A DNA stretch of 64,000 nt from Harriotta raleighana (Eukaryota): assembly GCA_050575255.1 (NCBI GenBank), contig JBNZDD010013730.1, positions 5,696,015 through 5,760,014 on the forward strand, given 5' to 3'. The position numbers and the translations under genes are program-made. How positions within the stretch are numbered: the stretch's first letter is position 1; each line of letters begins with the position of its first letter. Below, one piece after another: positions 50,957 through 63,312 of this stretch. Under the pieces are notes generated by a model that was given only the letters and a program-made list of their open reading frames with translations, was not told where the DNA came from and did no database searches.

Positions 50957-51722
50957 GTTTTATAGAGCTCAACTTTCCCTAACACCACACACACCCCTCC
51001 ACCACCCTCCAGAAAGCAATAAAGAAATATTTGACAAAAAAAAAACACATTTCAGGAGGAAGAAAGGCTCTTACTTCACAATGACCTCAAACAAGTGGTA
51101 CCATGATACTGGTATGTTTTAGTTCATGGTGTTTATTAAAAAAAAACTTCCACACAAAAAACTGTGAAATTGACGCACGCTACACTGTTACAAGCTTTTT
51201 TGTTGGCATTCAACGGGAAATCAGCACCTGGACAAAAGTTTTCTTACTTTTAGTGCACAGTCAGGACCACACAAGGGGAATTACTAATCTGAATTTCTCC
51301 AGAGAGGAGGTGTGAAAGCAATGTTGCTCCGTGTCAGCACTTCTCTCCTAGTGTTGGCACACTTTTATTTGAGCATCAATTATGCTGTGCATTTCCTTTT
51401 TCTGAGAGATTTATCTCGACAAGTTTTGTCCTGTTGCCAGAAATCTTTCCTCAGTAACCAAGACACTCAAAGGATCCACAGTAGGCTGGTTAAAAGGTTA
51501 CTAAGCAGATGGAAAACCTTTCCAGCACCCCGCCTGTTAAATTTGTCCTGGAATCAGAGGGCATTTTTCTCTGGCCCTCTTTTGCAGAAGGAGCTGAATC
51601 TGCCAGATGCAATTGCCAAATGATGTTGGTCTCCAGGAAAACCATTGAAGATTCCTTTCCCTCACCAACCATTTCTCCAAGGCTGACAAAATTGGCAGCT
51701 CACCCTGTGTTGCCTTATAGAA

Positions 51723-51725
<3 letters not shown>

Positions 51726-51755
<30 letters not shown>
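51726..51755. repeat. (TC)n microsatellite
   Basis: About 15 TC units. Confidence 0.95.
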
Positions 51756-51757
<2 letters not shown>

Positions 51758-52424
51758 CTCCCTTCTCTCTGTTCTCACTCCGTTGAAGATTTGAGAATTG
51801 GCCCAGTTTGGGAAAACAGCTAATTGCATTCCAAAAGCTGGAAAAGGCCAGGGAACAAAACGGTGGCTGATGTTTTACAAAGAGACGGCTTTCGATATTT
51901 GCAAACATAAGTCACGATTAGCACTTCAAATCCCATTTGTGATTATTGCACATAAGACCCCATTGTAAAAGCTGCACATTCAGCTGACTTCCAAAGTGCC
52001 CTTTCTGTTAGGTGTTGGCTGTTCAATTAAAGTTTGTTCCAGCTTTATCTCTCAGTATGGTGTCTCGTCTTTTAATGTTGCCTCAACGTTGTCTTCCCCC
52101 TTCTTCTGCACCTCACCCTGCTGCATGGCTAATCTCTAGTCTAGTGTGCGCTTTCCTTTTACATACTCTGACTGCGCATAGTCAAACTGATGAGCTCCCA
52201 CCGCAAGCACATGCCACAAATGGTGAAGCTGACACTCTGGAATTAATTTGGGATTTCACATTGCACTGAAGACAAAACAGTTCACAGATAAAATTCATGG
52301 GAACCTTTGAATTTGCCTCAGAGCCAAAAACAATGTTTGGGTGATAAATGGGAAAGAAGTGGATTCCAATGCAGGCATAAAATAAAACCAAGTTACATTA
52401 CGCAGAGCTGCTCAATGATAAATT

Positions 52425-52745
52425 TACTGTCCCGCATCAGACCAAGTGAAAATTCCCAAGGTCATTGCCTAGTTCAAGTTTGATGCAGAATAGCATTAGG
52501 GTACTAGAACTGGTCTCAGTACTATCAGAGATGGTAAAAACATGAGTCATGATTTGTGTTCCTCATCACTTTTCATTCAATGGCTTCTGCTGGATAATAT
52601 GCTTGTGTGAATATCGTACGAAGATGATAGATGATAAGATTGAGCTCCACTCCGATAGTAAATAATGGAAATGTTCAAACACAAAGAATGGCCATTGAGT
52701 AAGGTTGTCTGTGAATGATACCCCAGCATTAATCAGCTAAAGTGT
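52425..52745 (+). mobile_element. AmnSINE2-like SINE, diverged
   Basis: TAGGGTACTAGAACTGGTCTCAGT...TTCTGCTGGATAATATGCTTGTGTGAATATCG...CACAAAGAATGGCCA...TACCCCAGCATTAATCAGC. Confidence 0.55.
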
Positions 52746-53569
52746 GTTCAAAGTGTGTTCAAAGAAGTAGGTTTGGAATTGACCCATTTATTGAGTTTGA
52801 GTGGTTATCAGTATAAAATGACACAATGATAGGGGTTTCAAGCTATTTGAATCCTATATTTTATTATCAGTCTGCCATTCTGAAATACGTTTTAAATAAT
52901 CCAGAATAGATTCATATTAAGATACTAAAATATGACACATACCATGACACATCAGCACTATCTGAAGATCATTTTATTACCTGTGCATGGTGCACTGCCT
53001 TGGTTTTTAGAACCCAATACAGTAAACAAACAGAACTAAGCCCTGAAACAACACATTCACTAACAAGCATAAAACAATTTCCCCATTTATCAAATCAACG
53101 TACATCCATAAAATGCCAAGCAAAATTCCATAAAGCAACTTTACTCTGAGCATTATTCGGAGCCTGGTGTAGGTCTCCAAGCCATTTGTAGGGATGGTAG
53201 TTTTACTCTGTGAGGTCTGGTTTGTGATGGAAAAAAATTGGTTGGGGTCCTGTTGAAATTTGATCTTCATTTCCCACTGTAAACTATCCAAATGTTTGTG
53301 TTCGCATCAACATAATTGCCAAGGAGTCCCACCTTGAGAATATCTTCCCCTTGGGAATGATCAAGACTATCGGATACCTTCTCATATAAAAGATACCTTC
53401 TTGTCAGCCAGACTCATGACACATACTCCCAGATAATGTTGCCATCTCAGCATTGCTCCTTAATGGTATTTTAGTATTTTAATATTAATCTATTTTGGAT
53501 TATTTACAAAACATTTCAGAATGGTAAACTGATAATTATATTTAGGACTCAACCACAAAACATACAGTC

Positions 53570-53648
53570 AATTCACTTTACCGTATATTTGCGAAGCGCT
53601 TCGAGATGTCTTATAGACAAGAGTCGAATGCAAGATTATTATTATTAT
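53570..53648 (+). mobile_element. SINE 3' tail, (ATT)n subfamily
   Basis: TTCACTTTACCGTATATTTGCGAAGCGCTTCGAGATGTC...AATGCAAGATTATTATTATTA. Confidence 0.65.
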
Positions 53649-53652
53649 CTGT

Positions 53653-53774
53653 TCAGCAGCACAAGTTCAGGGGTCAGTTACTCCAGCCAGCCTCGTGCAA
53701 TCCCGAATTCTGATCAGCAGCACAAGTTCAGGGGTCAGTTACTCCAGCCAGCCTCGTGCAATCCCGAATTCTGA
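53653..53774. repeat. Exact 61-bp tandem duplication
   Basis: 53653-53713 is identical to 53714-53774, with no N at the junction. Confidence 0.95.
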
Positions 53775-55119
53775 GGCTGGATTACAATAGCAGCTCGCAG
53801 CACGGAGCGGTGTGAGAAACAAAATCAAAAGCAAATCATCCTCACACTGCATGAACGAATGTGACCTTTCAACTCCGGTCATTTCAGAACCAGCACGGAG
53901 ATGTTCTTTAATTTACTCGTGTTCTTCCATTCACAGCACTGCACAATGTTATTTGGGTATGGATTGAAATCGTGAAATAGCCATCAACTCGCTTCACAGG
54001 ACAAAAAGGAGAGTTGCACAGAAATTCTGCGTCAGAGATGAAAGGAACAAGCAAACATATCGACATGGCAGCCAGCAGTGTACTTGTTTCAGAACACAAA
54101 GAAAAATGGTTGGTATGTATTGGAAAAATAAACTTACACTAATGCTTGAAAATTAATGGCATAAATTTGAATGTATTTTTAAAATCACAGTTTTATCTGG
54201 GCAACTACCCAAACACTGTTGCACATCTATTTATAATTATTTCTGGGACCACCGTGATGAACAGCTTTGGATAAATAATTCAACAGTGCTAATCATCAGT
54301 CTATTTTTCCAGATCCTTATTTGTCTTGCTTTCAAGCATAACAAATTTAACTTTAAGTGCAGCGAATGAAATTAATTAATACTCAATACCTCAATACACT
54401 TTTTAAGGGAATGTTTCACTTTCTTTTTCCAAATTATAATTTTCAAAGATTACCTTTTTACAGTCTAGCACATTAAATTCATTTCTAAATGCAAATTAGA
54501 TTCATGGTATATTGATTCCAATTTTCTATGACAACAAAATCTTTCTTATTGTAGCATGAACAACATTTCTAGACATACTAATTCCTAACAGTCAAATCAT
54601 GGCATTTGCTGTGCTAAACCATATGTAGCTTGTGTTTATTCAGCAAGATAAAGATTAAAACATTATCTTGTTCTATCTAATAACAGGGTTTATGAGATTT
54701 GTCCACCTCCCTCCATTTTGTTTTCTTTCCTGCTTCCACTAAAGTACAGCTCAACAAATGAGGCAACCTGTTTAAATGCTTCTGCCAAGATCGTCACAAG
54801 TGGCCATAAGTATGTGAGAGCATCAGGATCTCATTGATGCCTTTGTCAGCAAACAGCCATACACACCAGGAAAATCATATGTTTGAAGCCTGATTTGTAT
54901 TGAGTTTGTTGGTTTTCATCATGACAGCCGTACTCCAATGCAAAGGAAAAAAAAGTCAGGTTGTGAGGAGACAACCAGAGAAAATTTGTAAAAGCTAAAA
55001 AGACACAAAGTTAACAAGGAACAACAGGTCAGCTGCGATTCCTGCCCCCGACACAAAATTGGCCTTGCGTAGAGAAGGAAAGAATTTGATCTTCTGTTTC
55101 TTCCTGCTGCAAAGCACAC

Positions 55120-55285
55120 AGGGGCACATGTTGAGCAAGAGCAGGCTTAGGTTTGGCTGTGAAGCTTCCCAATGATGAGCGGTTCACGGCCGCTCAGTAT
55201 CCAGGTTCATGTTTGAAGACGTATCAAGGCACGAGAGGATTAGAGCATCTGTCAAACTATCCAGCATGAGTGATGCCTTCAGGTT
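55120..55285 (+). mobile_element. AmnSINE2-like SINE 3' half
   Basis: GAGCAGGCTTAGGTTTGGCTGTGAAGC...TCCAGGTTCATGTTTGAAGA...CCAGCATGAGTGATGCCTTCAGG. Confidence 0.55.
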
Positions 55286-55340
55286 AGGGGGAAGATTGCT
55301 TTAAAAAAAATTCAAACTTGGGCAACTCGGTCACTGTCAG

Positions 55341-55720
55341 GACAACAACAAACAAAATTGCATTTGTATACTGCCTTTCACTTTGGAAGGATGTTCCAAG
55401 GATGTTCAATATTTCAGACCCAAGCTGGGATTCGGATCGGGGAGGATGGAGGGAAAGGAAGGGAGGGAAAGTGGGATGACCGATGGCACCATTGAAGAGT
55501 GTCTTGAGGCGGGACTTGAAGGAGATTAGGGAGGGAGCGAGGCGGAGAGATTGTGGGATGGAAATCCAAAGGTTGGATTCAGAATGGCTAAAGGCCACTC
55601 TGATGATGGGACAGTTGGATTGGGGGAAATGGAGCAGGCCAGAGCCCACTGAGCAGAGGGAACAGAAGGGTTGGTATGGTGTTAGGAGGTCACAGAGGTA
55701 GGGTGGGACAAGGCCATTTG
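55341..55720 (-). mobile_element. L2 ORF2 C-terminus and 3'UTR
   Basis: ORF 55284-55649: GSGLLHFP...AFSHSESNLWISIPQSLRLAPSLISFKSRLKTLFN; (CAA) tail. Confidence 0.9.
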
Positions 55721-58700
55721 ATCACCGAAGGACCTTTGCAATCGTCAATAGATAGTTAATTCCGCACAACATTTGCAAACCTGACTCTGCACATTTGGGA
55801 TGTTATTATGTGCAATTAATCGTAATTAAAATAGCTTGAATTCTAATTTGCGGCTTCAAAATTCAACTTCAAAGAGTTGACCAGTGGTCAATACAAATGA
55901 CTCAATTATGCCAATTGAAATGTCATATTAGGATTGGCTGAGTTCTCCACTTTCCACTTGATTTAAGAATCCCTCACGAGACAAACCATAAGCATTTCTG
56001 CACATGCTTTTATGCTTAGGTCCCAATGGGATTACATCAGACACCCATACTCATAGTGAAACCTGGAGTGGGGTAGGTGGTGGGGGGGTGGGGGGGGGAG
56101 TAATATAAGGAACAGATATTCTCAATAAATCATCATTAAATGCAAATACCACCTGGTCACATGCTTTACTGTAGAATTAAGAACAGGCAGGTTGATTGAA
56201 GGGCTTGATCTGTCAGACTTGCCTTCAATTAGCCAACCTAGCCTCAATTCCCTGGTGAAAAACACAGATGAACACACTATTTCTTAGCAACAGTTATAGC
56301 TATTTGTGCAAAATCACCGCTGAATTACAGTATGGGCATTTCCTACACAGGTACTTATCTGATATATTTTACACAGTTCCCATATTGTACTCCTGGGTCC
56401 TTTACTCAACTGCCTTCTTTAAAGCGCAACATATGGGGCCCAATTTCCCACTTGGTGCTAGGCTACAAATGTTATATGTGCTGGCAGCAATGTTAGCTTT
56501 GCTTGGCATTAGTGGAAAAGCAGTCCTTCAATCCACAATAGTGTTTCTCTCTTCTTCGTGCAGATATACAAACAGCACAATACTCGTGCTGGGGTGACTG
56601 GCTTTAATGTACAATAACAGAAAACTTCAGCAACAAGACTCAATGTCCAGCAGCTGATAATACAAGGTAACCAAAAAGTTGTGATACAATTTCAAGACTC
56701 TAACAAGTCTTAAAGAAATTATGATTTTTTTAGATAATAGNACTCAATGTCCAGCAGCTGATAATACAAGGTAACCAAAAAGTTGTGATACCATTTCAAG
56801 ACTCTTAACAAGTCTTAAAGAAATTATGATTTTTTTAGATAATAAGATTTTACAGTCACCTTGTATATGTATAATTACAGTAAATTATTCTGATAAACGA
56901 ACCCATAGATTTTAACCACAGACTAATTTCAACACCAGTAGAAAGTATTGCTTAGGATCAGTTGAGAACTGCCCAGTGAAAATGTTGTCAATTGTTGCAG
57001 AAAATGTTATCAATTAGCATAGATATGTCTGCTGAAGTCCAAATAGTCTGTCTTAGACATTCTCTCTCTCTGCATTGAAATCTCCTACTCTAACTCATTC
57101 TTTCCCAGGACCTCAAAGCTGTGGAAATTTTACCTCCCTTTGTGTTCTCTTCCTCTAACAATCCCCAGTCCATTATAACACAAGCTTGCCACAACTTGAT
57201 CTATATCGTATTCTCTCTCCGAGTCTTTTCAGCCTCCCTTGTTCCCTGCATTATGGACCTTGGCCTTTCACAAAGCTTTCTCAATTCAAAAATAAAGTGC
57301 ATCAACATGCACAGCATATTCTTCATTCACTCTGGACAGAAAAAAAAAAGTGAATTGCTTGTTTAAAACAAAGTACTCCTCAATTAAGGGGAAAATGAGG
57401 GAATTTGTAACAAAGCAGAAACAATTTTGTGTGAAAACTTGCACCATCATTACTTCCTTAATAAAAGGAAAAAAATGAAATAATTAGTGGTTGCTTCAAA
57501 GGGAAGTGACACATAGAACTTTTTGATAGATAGATCAGAGAAAGAACGAAGATGCAAACAAATGAAACAATATATTGTGTTGAGGCCAAGAGGTCTGTGA
57601 TCAAGGGGACAGGACAATTTGCAGTTTTCACACGATTAATCCCATTATCTCTGTAGAAGTGTATTACAGCCAAGAATATGTTTATACAGAATTTTTGCTT
57701 TCCCATAATATGTTTTAAAGGTCATGTATGATCCCTGAAAGTAACTGACACGTGACAGTTTCTGCAGTAATAAGCATACATCATTAAATAAATTCATAGC
57801 TCAACGAACCAATAAACTTTAATTATCATTTCCTGCTTGGGTGACCAGGTTGTATATTTATTCTGGATGAATAAAGCATTGGCATAGGAAGCGTCTTATT
57901 TTGCCTTTCCCTTAATTTCTTGATTATATTCAGGAAGATTTTTGCATTTTTAAAAGAAAATACTTTCTTGAATGAATATCAAATAAATGTACAGTTTTTT
58001 TTAAAATGACAGCACGTGAAATGGGAGTGTGATTATCACTTTTTATTACAGGTAACAGAATATAAGGCTGTATTTCAATGTTATTAGTGGGATTATCAAT
58101 GGTCTGTATTGAACATTTTACTGCATGTCAGAAATCTAAAACCTAAAAAATTATTGCAAGCTGCAACTGCCTGTTCCCAGAACTGTACATCTGTGTTCTA
58201 AGCATTAGGTTTACGGCATTTATTGTAAAGAAATTATTAGTGTTTTGTGGTGTCTTCAATTAAAATTGTCATATTCAGATTTACCCAGGCTGGTTGATGC
58301 CAATATCGTTTCATTCCTGCAAAATGCCAGATAATATATTACAAGTAAAAAGGGGCAATAAGGTATAATTGATATCTCTATCTTAGACTGGCAGCTGCGT
58401 GTCATTATACTCCAAAAGGGAACAAACGAGCCAGCTTTAGGTATGATGAAGGGAACATGAAACAGTCCCATTGTGGTGTTCTGAACTTCTCTGGGTTACT
58501 AATCTGCTTTTACACCTCTCAATGTTGCTTTGTCATAATAATTAGCTTCACACTAATCAAGACAGAAGCACTGTACAGAGATACAAGCAGGGTGCAAAGT
58601 GTATGCTTCATCCTTTGCCTCCGTATCTCAAGAGTCCCCGATATCAGCTAATTATTTCCTGGTAATAAAACTAAAACCATATCATTCATTCTTGCATATT

Positions 58701-59352
58701 GAAATAATAGTTTATAATTAAGCAATAAACTGAAGAATGTGGTATTGACATCTCTGCCCTGTGGAAATTCTTAGTTCACCAGAGTTTGTTGCCTTTGAGC
58801 AATGCGAATGTGATGTTAATGCTCTGCTGAGTGTTAAAATCACCCCCACTCTCACTCTCCCTGACCATCTTTTGCTCCCCTCCTCCCATCAAGGAAATAA
58901 CTTAATTTCTTTCGACTAAGATACAGATATATAATCACCACCCTAAGAGCTGATACTTGTAAGCGAGCTTGCTATATACTCCATGGTGGGGGTGGGAAAG
59001 AGGAGTGTTCTCCTTGTTCTATTCCTCAACCAGGGACTAAATGCACACATCATATTGGTGTGTCTGGGTTATGAACAAGAGAGGCAAGTCAAGCTGATTT
59101 GCCTCTAAACACAGAGGCCAATCGTAATATTCCAATGCCATGTTACTCAGAGGGGGGCGGGATGGGTTATGAGCTCAACTGTACTCTTTTTTGCAACTGT
59201 GGAATAAAGAAATAGAGTTTGTTGTTGTTAAATTCACCTTATTATTCTTTAATGTGATGCAGAAAAAAAATGCCAACTGCAAGAACAAGCGAAAAAAACC
59301 AAAGTGAGACAGCATTGCAAAGACTTAATCCTTAAATCCTTAAATTAAGACT

Positions 59353-59406
59353 TAAATCTGCATCTGAAACTGAAATGTAACATTTCAGTTTTCAGATGCA
59401 GATTTA
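59353..59406. repeat. Near-perfect 54-nt palindrome
   Basis: TAAATCTGCATCTGAAACTGAAATGT-a-ACATTTCAGTTTTCAGATGCAGATTTA; 26 bp with one 1-nt bulge. Confidence 0.95.
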
Positions 59407-59714
59407 TCTGTTGTGTATTGTCAGCTTCTACAGTATTTACATCACTTTCGCTTTTTGCAAGAAGATACATTTTAAGTACTGAGGAGTTGATATTGAAGAG
59501 AATAAAAAAAATCGACAATAAACTTTTACAACATTTTTAAGAGCAAAGTATTGTTCCAGCTGTAAGTGTAGTAACTGAGAAGGTTATGAAATAGGTATGC
59601 AGTAAAGTCCATGTACGCAGTGGGATGCATGTAATAATGGGTCCATTATTCTGAATTCAGCTAAAATAAAGACAGGATGAACTACTAAACATTCAAAAGT
59701 CCATTATTCCTTAT

Positions 59715-59775
59715 ACAACAACAACATTGCATTTATAGAGCGCGTTTCACATCGGGAGGACATCCCAAGGCGCTG
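59715..59775 (-). mobile_element. L2 3' tail
   Basis: ACAACAACAACATTGCATTTATAGAGCGCGTTTCACATCGGGAGGACATCCCAAGGCGCTG. Confidence 0.75.
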
Positions 59776-60639
59776 AAATACACGACAATGCAGTAAACTT
59801 AAAACCTGGAGTATTTCTAGCCGGGAAATATTCTCTCCTCCTGTTGTATGGCATTGATATCAAAAATACCGTTAGGAGTAAATCAGTCTCCAATGTCAGA
59901 TGGACAGTTAAGCCGGGTCTGATGAACAAAATACATCTGCTTAATTTCAGCGAACATGCAATGGGGAGTTTTAAGAACAGCAATGAGAAACGGTAAATTT
60001 TGTTCAGTAAAGCATTAAACTATTCCAAGAATGATTCAATTGGATAATCAGAAAATAAATGTGCTAAAAGCTGCAATGCAACCCTGAGTTCTGATAACTT
60101 TCAAACGTGTTATGACACTCTCACACATGTTTGTCGCATACACACGCATACACCAAAGGAAACAGCAGAAACCACAGGATCTCACAGGAACAAATAGTCT
60201 TGTAATATACTTCTTCCAGTCTCGGTTTTAATATTCACATTTGTTTATTTCACAGAGACTGGGGCATGCGCTCAAACACAGCACACCACATGTTCTGAGA
60301 TGTCTGAAAAACAGTAAAACCCTGGGAACTGATATATTCTTACACAAAGATTTGAACTGTCTATACTGTCCAGTCAAAGCATGCAAGTATCCAAGAAGTT
60401 CCAAGACAAGCATATTTTAGCAAGTTACAGCATTACCATATTTTGTTCTGGAAAAATAAAAATTCCAATTGATGTTGCTGAACTCATTTTAAGAGCAAGC
60501 GGAACAAATTGTGGGTTTCTATCATGTCGTCATTATGATAACACATCAAAATAACTTGGAGCTACAAAAGGGGATGAACTACAGATTCTAATAATTCATA
60601 ATCAGCCCATAAACACCCTGGGAATTTTCCAATTTTGTT

Positions 60640-60770
60640 TTTGGAATAGCTTGAAGCAGAAAGCATCAATGTGCTTCGTAAAGGAAGAATAAAATAGAGG
60701 GGCTTAGGAATGATGGAAGCTCATATGGAGTATAAACACTAGCATAGACTAGTTCAGCCAAACGGACAGT
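60640..60770 (+). mobile_element. CR1 3' end remnant
   Basis: GATGGAAGCTCATATGGAGTATAAACACTAGCATAGACTAGTTCAGCCAAACGG. Confidence 0.55.
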
Positions 60771-60771
60771 T

Positions 60772-61660
60772 TACAATAACAACAACTTGTGCTTATACAG
60801 TACCCTCCATGTCGGGTGGCGTATCAAAGTGCTTCATAATGGCGGAGCCCAAGGCAGAGTCATGGGCTGGGGAAAGGTGACCGCAAGCAGGGTCGAAGAG
60901 AAAGGTCTTCAGGCATGACCTGAAAATGGGAAAGGAGGGGTTAAGCTGAAGGGGTTGAGGAAGGGAGTTGCAAAGTTTTGGGGTGTGATGGCTGAGAGCA
61001 TGGCCGCTGATGGTGGAGCGGAAGATTTGGGGGACAAAGAGGAGGCTGGACCAAGTAGGGAGGAGACAGTGGGTACTGCTGTGAGGAGAGATGAGGTTAG
61101 AGAGGTAGGTGTGTGCCAAGGAGTGGAGGGATGTAAACATGAGTGAGGTTCATGGTCAACCTATTCCGTGACAGGGAGCCAATGCAGTTTGGGAAGGACT
61201 GAAATAATCAGGGTACCAAGTTTGGTGCGGGTGAGAATGCAGGAGGTGGAGTTTTGGATGAGCTGAATTTTGTGGATGGAGGAGGAGGGGAGACCGGTGA
61301 GGAGGGCGTTGGGAGTAGTCCAGCCAAGAGGTGACAAAGGCATGGACCAGGGATTCGGCAGCTTTTGGTGTTATGTATTGGCGGAGATGTGCAATGCAGT
61401 AGAGATGGAAGAAAGCGGTTGCTGGTGAGGGGCCAGATGTGGGGAAGGAAGGATAACTGGGGATCGAACCTGACACCCAAGTTGCATGGGTTCGGAGAGA
61501 TTTAAGGGTAGGTTTAGGAGGTTGGAACAATGGGGCAAAAGATGTCGACAGGAGCTTCTGTCTTGTTGACGTTTAACTGCAGGAAATTTGCACTCATCCA
61601 GCTCTTGATGTCCGACAGACAAGCTGACAGAACATCAGGGGACGGTGGGTTGCAATGGTG
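60772..61660 (-). mobile_element. 5'-truncated LINE-2 (about 890 bp; post-RT ORF2 with frameshifts, plus 3' tail)
   Basis: Across frames: SACLSDIKSWMSANFLQLNVNKTE, GVRFDPQLSFLPHI, TAFFHLYCIAHLRQYITPKAAESLVHAFVTSWLDYS, NALLTGLP...LPKLHWLPV, KLCNSLPQPL...FRSCLKTFLF; (CAA) tail at 60772. Confidence 0.95.
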
Positions 61661-61844
61661 CAATGCTCTGTATAATTCCATGTAAAAGTAGCCTTGAAAA
61701 TCAGTCTGCTTCATTTCAGGCTCGATCTCCTTCTGGTCAATAGTTTACATTCTGTAATCATGATCATTGGTTTTTAATTCCATAACTAAGGGCATCTGGA
61801 ATCCTGCTGTACAACTGTGTTTACAATACAATGTACATGTACTG

Positions 61845-61960
61845 TAAACATAGCACTCTTCACATTGAGAGCACCTCAAAGCACTTCACAGCGTCAGCTG
61901 GGGGATGGAAGCCGAAGAGGGTGGGTTGAGAGATGACCAAAAAGCACAGCCAAAGGAGGG
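61845..61960 (-). mobile_element. L2 3' tail
   Basis: ATAGCACTCTTCACATTGAGAGCACCTCAAAGCACTTCACAG. Confidence 0.55.
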
Positions 61961-62109
61961 CAAATATTTGCAGAAATAGCAAATAAGACACTCTCTTCCC
62001 CCCACTCCCTAATATCTGTCCCATCATCACCTTGTCCAGTGTACTGGAATATCTTTTCATGTAAGCAGCTCACCCTTATCGATATAACTATTACTTTCAA
62101 GTGAAGACT

Positions 62110-62400
62110 TAATAGTAAAAATAATCCTTGCATTTCATACAGCGCTTTTCACGTCTGTTAGATTTCTCAAAGCACTTCACACAATATACTCTAAAGTGAA
62201 GTGACTGTATATTTGTGGGTCAAAGGCGGCAGCCAATTGATCAAAAATGACTTGACCGATCTCTTCCGAAGTGTGAGGAGACTGATTTTAAACTTAAGGG
62301 AATCAAAGGTGAAATGTGTGAATTACTTGAAAAATTGTACTTACTCTAATTATACGGAGCACTTTACCACCAGCTGGGGATGCTTTGGATAGATGACTGA
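62110..62400 (-). mobile_element. SINE tail followed by an L2 fragment
   Basis: AATAATCCTTGCATTTCATACAGCGCTTTTCACG...TCAAAGCACTTCACAC...GGCGGCAGCCAATTG; then GTGTGAGGAGACTGATTTTAAACTTAA. Confidence 0.6.
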
Positions 62401-62624
62401 AATGTAATGATTTGCTGGCTGCAATAGCGTTTGGTTCTTACTTACTGCTTGTTTGTGAACTGGCATTCTGGTCCAACATGCTAAGATGGCTGTTAACCCA
62501 TTTGATCTTTTATTGTGCATCTTTCAAAGAGAGGATTTCACAGATGGTGGATAATAGGACACACAAGTTTCTCGACACCATATGTCATTTTCCCAGTTAC
62601 ATGCTACGATCTGTACTCCTGAAC

Positions 62625-62860
62625 TGCAACAGCAACAAAATTACACTTGTATCGTGTCTTTCATGTCGGGAGGTCGTCCCAAAGCGCTGAACAGTCAGAT
62701 CGGGACCTGAGCGGGGGGGGTGGGTTGGGGGTAGGGAGAGGGGGAAGGAGAGGGGGGAGGGGGAAGAGTTGGTGGGAGCCGAAGGTGCGATCAAAGAGGA
62801 AGATCTTGAGACTGGCCTTGAAGGAGGAAAGGGAGGAAGCAAGGTGGAGGGACAGCAGAG
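62625..62860 (-). mobile_element. L2 3' end
   Basis: ORF 62661-62909 contains LHLASSLSSFKASLKIFLFD; tail CAACAGCAACAAAATTACACTTGTA. Confidence 0.85.
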
Positions 62861-63129
62861 ATGGAGAGTGTCGGGGACTAGTCTGCAGGACTAGTCTCTC
62901 ATCAAACAACTCTTACGCTAGATGTAGCAATGCAACACAGCAATCTACTGTATTAATAACACCACTCGAGACAATAATCTTGACAGTCTCTGTTCAATGA
63001 ACAACATGCCAAAAAGCTCCAAACCATGTTAAATTAAAATCCATTCTGGGACACAGTGACAAATATACTATAATCATCATGAATATACCGCAAGGAGCAA
63101 GCGAGGAAAAAAAACTGTATTAATACTAT

Positions 63130-63312
63130 TGGCCTCTCCAAGAAGAGTCAGTCGAGCGGAGGTACCGGGGTAGTGGATTGGGGAGTGACAAGGTCGGGGG
63201 GAGGTACCGGGGAGTGGAATGGATTTGAACACGAGTGTGAGGATCTTGAAGTCAATCCGTTCGATGATGGGGAAAGAGAGTGGAGCTGACCAGTACTGGT
63301 GAGTTGTATTAC
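63130..63312 (-). mobile_element. L2 ORF2 fragment
   Basis: ORF 63077-63316 contains FPIIERIDFKILTLVFKSI, matching the L2 LP..RI.FKIL.L.FK motif. Confidence 0.7.

Noticed and set aside
56638-56845. 103-bp direct duplication
   Set aside because: Junction at N (56741); artefact.
62710-62765. G-quadruplex-capable G-runs (also 56066-56100)
   Set aside because: The first lies in the C-rich L2 3'UTR read antisense and the second is simple low-complexity sequence; no sign of function.
62876-62897. GACTAGTC-TGCAG-GACTAGTC resembling a SpeI/PstI linker
   Set aside because: Too short, with no adjoining vector sequence; likely chance or micro-duplication.
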